This document shows positions 61,905 through 64,000 of a DNA stretch of 64,000 bases, one piece after another; within the stretch, counting starts at the first letter, position 1; every line of letters starts with the position of its first letter. The position numbers and the translations under genes are program-made. This DNA comes from Paraspadella gotoi (taxonomy: Eukaryota > Animalia > Chaetognatha), in contig CM119265.1 of NCBI GenBank assembly GCA_051294375.1, positions 2,827,292-2,891,291 of the forward strand, written 5' to 3'. The notes beneath the pieces were generated by a model. That model had not been told where the DNA came from, did not search any database, and was given only the letters and a program-made list of their open reading frames with translations.

Positions 61905-64000
61905 ATGATGCAAGTGAAAATGATGCAAGTTGAAAAAAATGATGCAAGTTTAAAAACGTATGCAAGTTTAAAAACGTATGCAAGTTGAAACGTATGCAAG
62001 TTGAAAAAAGTATGCAAGTGAAAAGATTTTGCAAGTTGAAAAGATTTTGCAAGTTGAAAAGATTTTGCAAGTGAAAGATTTGCAAGTTGAAAAGATTTTG
62101 CAAGTGAAAAAGATTTTGCCAAGTGAAAAAGATTTTGCAAGTTGAAAAGATTTTGCAAGTTGAAAAGATTTTGCAAGTTGAAAAGATTTTGCAAGTTGAA
62201 AGATTTTGCAAGTTGAAAAGATTTGCAAGTTGAAAAGATTTGCAAGTATGAAAAGATTTTGCAATTTGAAAAGATTTGCAAGTTGAAAAGATTTTGCAAG
62301 TTGAAAAGATTTTGCAAAGATTTGCAAGAAAGATTTTTGCAAGTGAAAAGATTTTGCAAGTTGAAAAGATTTGCAAGTTGAAAGAATTTTGCAAGTTGAA
62401 AAGATTTGCAGTTGAAAAAGATTTTGCAAGTTGTAAAAGATTTTGCCAAGTTGAAAAAGATTTGCAAGTTGAAAAGATTTTGCAAGTTGAAAAGATTTTG
62501 CAAGTGAAAAGATTTTGCAAGTTGAAAAGGATTTTGCAAGTTGAAAGATTTTGCAAGTGAAAGATTTTGCAAGTGAAAAGATTTTGCAAGTTGAAAAGAT
62601 TTTGCAAGTTGAAAAGATTTTGCAAGTTGAAAAGATTTTGCAAGTTGAAAAAGATTTGGCAAGTTGAAAAGATTTTTGCAAGTTGAAAAGATTTTGCAAG
62701 TTGAAAAGATTTTGCAAGTTGAAAAGATTTTGCAAGTGAAAAGATTTTGCAAGTGAAAAGATTTGCAAGTTGAAAAGATTTTGCAAGTTGGAAAAGATTT
62801 TGCAAGTTGAAAAGATTTTGCAGTTGAAAAGATTTTGCAAGTGAAAAGATTTTGCAAGTTGAAAAGATTTTGCAGTTGGAAAAGATTTTGCAAGTTGAAA
62901 AGATTTTGCAAGTTGAAAGATTTTGCCAAGTGAAAGAGATTTTGCAAGTTGAAAGATTTTGCAAGTGAAAAGATTTTGCAAGTTGAAAAGATTTTGCAAG
63001 TTGAAAAAGATTTTTGCAAGTGAAAGATTTGCAAGTTGAAAAGATTTTGCAATTGAAATATATTTTGCCAAGTTGAAAAGATTTGCAAGTTGAAAAGATT
63101 TTCAAGTGAAAAGATTTGCAAGTGAAAAGATTTTGAAGTTGAAAAAGATTTTGCCAAGTTGAAAGATTTTGCAAGTTGACAAATATTTTGCAAGTTGAAA
63201 AGATTTGCAAGTTGAAAAGATTTTGCAAGTTGAAATAGATTTTGCAAAAGTTGAAGATTTTGCAGTTGAAAAGATTTTGGCAAGTGAAAAATTTTTGCAA
63301 GTTGAAAAGATTTTGCAAGTTGAAAAGATTTGGCAAGTTGAAAAGATTTTTGCAGTTGAAAAGATTTGCAAGTTGAAAAGATTTTGCAAGTTGAAAAGAT
63401 TTTGCAAGTTGAAAAGATTTTGCAATTGAAAAGATTTGTGAGATGCAGTTAAAAGATTTGCAAGTTGAAAGAATTTTGCAAGTTGAAAAGATTGCAAGTT
63501 GAAAAGATTTTGCAAGTTGAAAAATTTTGCAAGTTGAAAAGATTTTGCCAAGTTGAAAAGATTTGCAAGTTGAAAAGATTTTGCAAGTTGAAAAGATTTT
63601 GCAAGTTGAAAAAGATTTTGCAAGTTGAAAAGATTTTGCAAGTTGAAAAATTTTTGCAAGTGAAAAAGAATTTTTGCAAGTTAAAAGATTTTGCAAGTTG
63701 AAAGATTTGCAAGTTGAAAGATTTTGCAGTTGAAAAGATTTTGCAAGTTGAAAAGATTTTGCAAGCTTGAAAAGATTTGCAAGTTGAAAAGATTTTGCAA
63801 GTTGAAAAGATTTTGCAAGTGAAAAGATTTTGCAAGTGAAAAGATTTTGCAAGTTGAAAGATTTTGCAAGTTGAAAAGATTTTGCAAGTTGGAAAAGATT
63901 TTGCAAGTTGAAAAATTTTGCAAGTGAAAGATTTTGCAAGTTGAAAAGATTTTGCAAGCTGAAAAGATTTTGCAAGCTGAAAAGATTTTGCAAGCTGAAA
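61905..64000. repeat. 18-bp tandem satellite (GCAAGTTGAAAAGATTTT)n running off the window
   Basis: About 2.1 kb of units with homopolymer-length noise; diverged units at the left edge. Confidence 0.97.

Noticed and set aside
61790-63993. Long ORFs (497, 709, 367 aa) with LQNLFN/CKIFST repeats
   Set aside because: Translations of a stop-free 18-bp satellite; not protein genes.
61905-64000. CRISPR-like regular repeats
   Set aside because: Units are contiguous with no unique spacers, there are no cas genes, and the context is eukaryotic.

Overview
AT-rich, microsatellite-rich animal (probably invertebrate) genomic DNA from a gapped, indel-prone assembly. Genes: a multi-exon RalGDS/RGL-type RasGEF (+) with a U1 snRNA in an intron, an unannotated spliced gene with a possible discoidin/galactose-binding-like domain (-), two DUF229 paralogues plus a decayed third copy (+), an intronless SRSF3/7-like gene (-), an SLC35G/EamA-like transporter (+) and a Tctex-1 domain gene (-). 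The window ends in an 18-bp satellite. Bases ~14340-28990 look like mis-assembled inverted copies of neighbouring sequence. The main discovery: three otherwise different interspersed repeat families (one a ~319-bp tandem repeat, two with tRNA-like heads) share a ~60-90-nt core that fits a circularly permuted (type-P5) twister ribozyme. Both pseudoknots covary, and P1 is reduced to a self-complementary hexamer. This suggests a twister-based, possibly dimer-activated, retrozyme/SINE system. All alignments were done by eye; exon edges are approximate.
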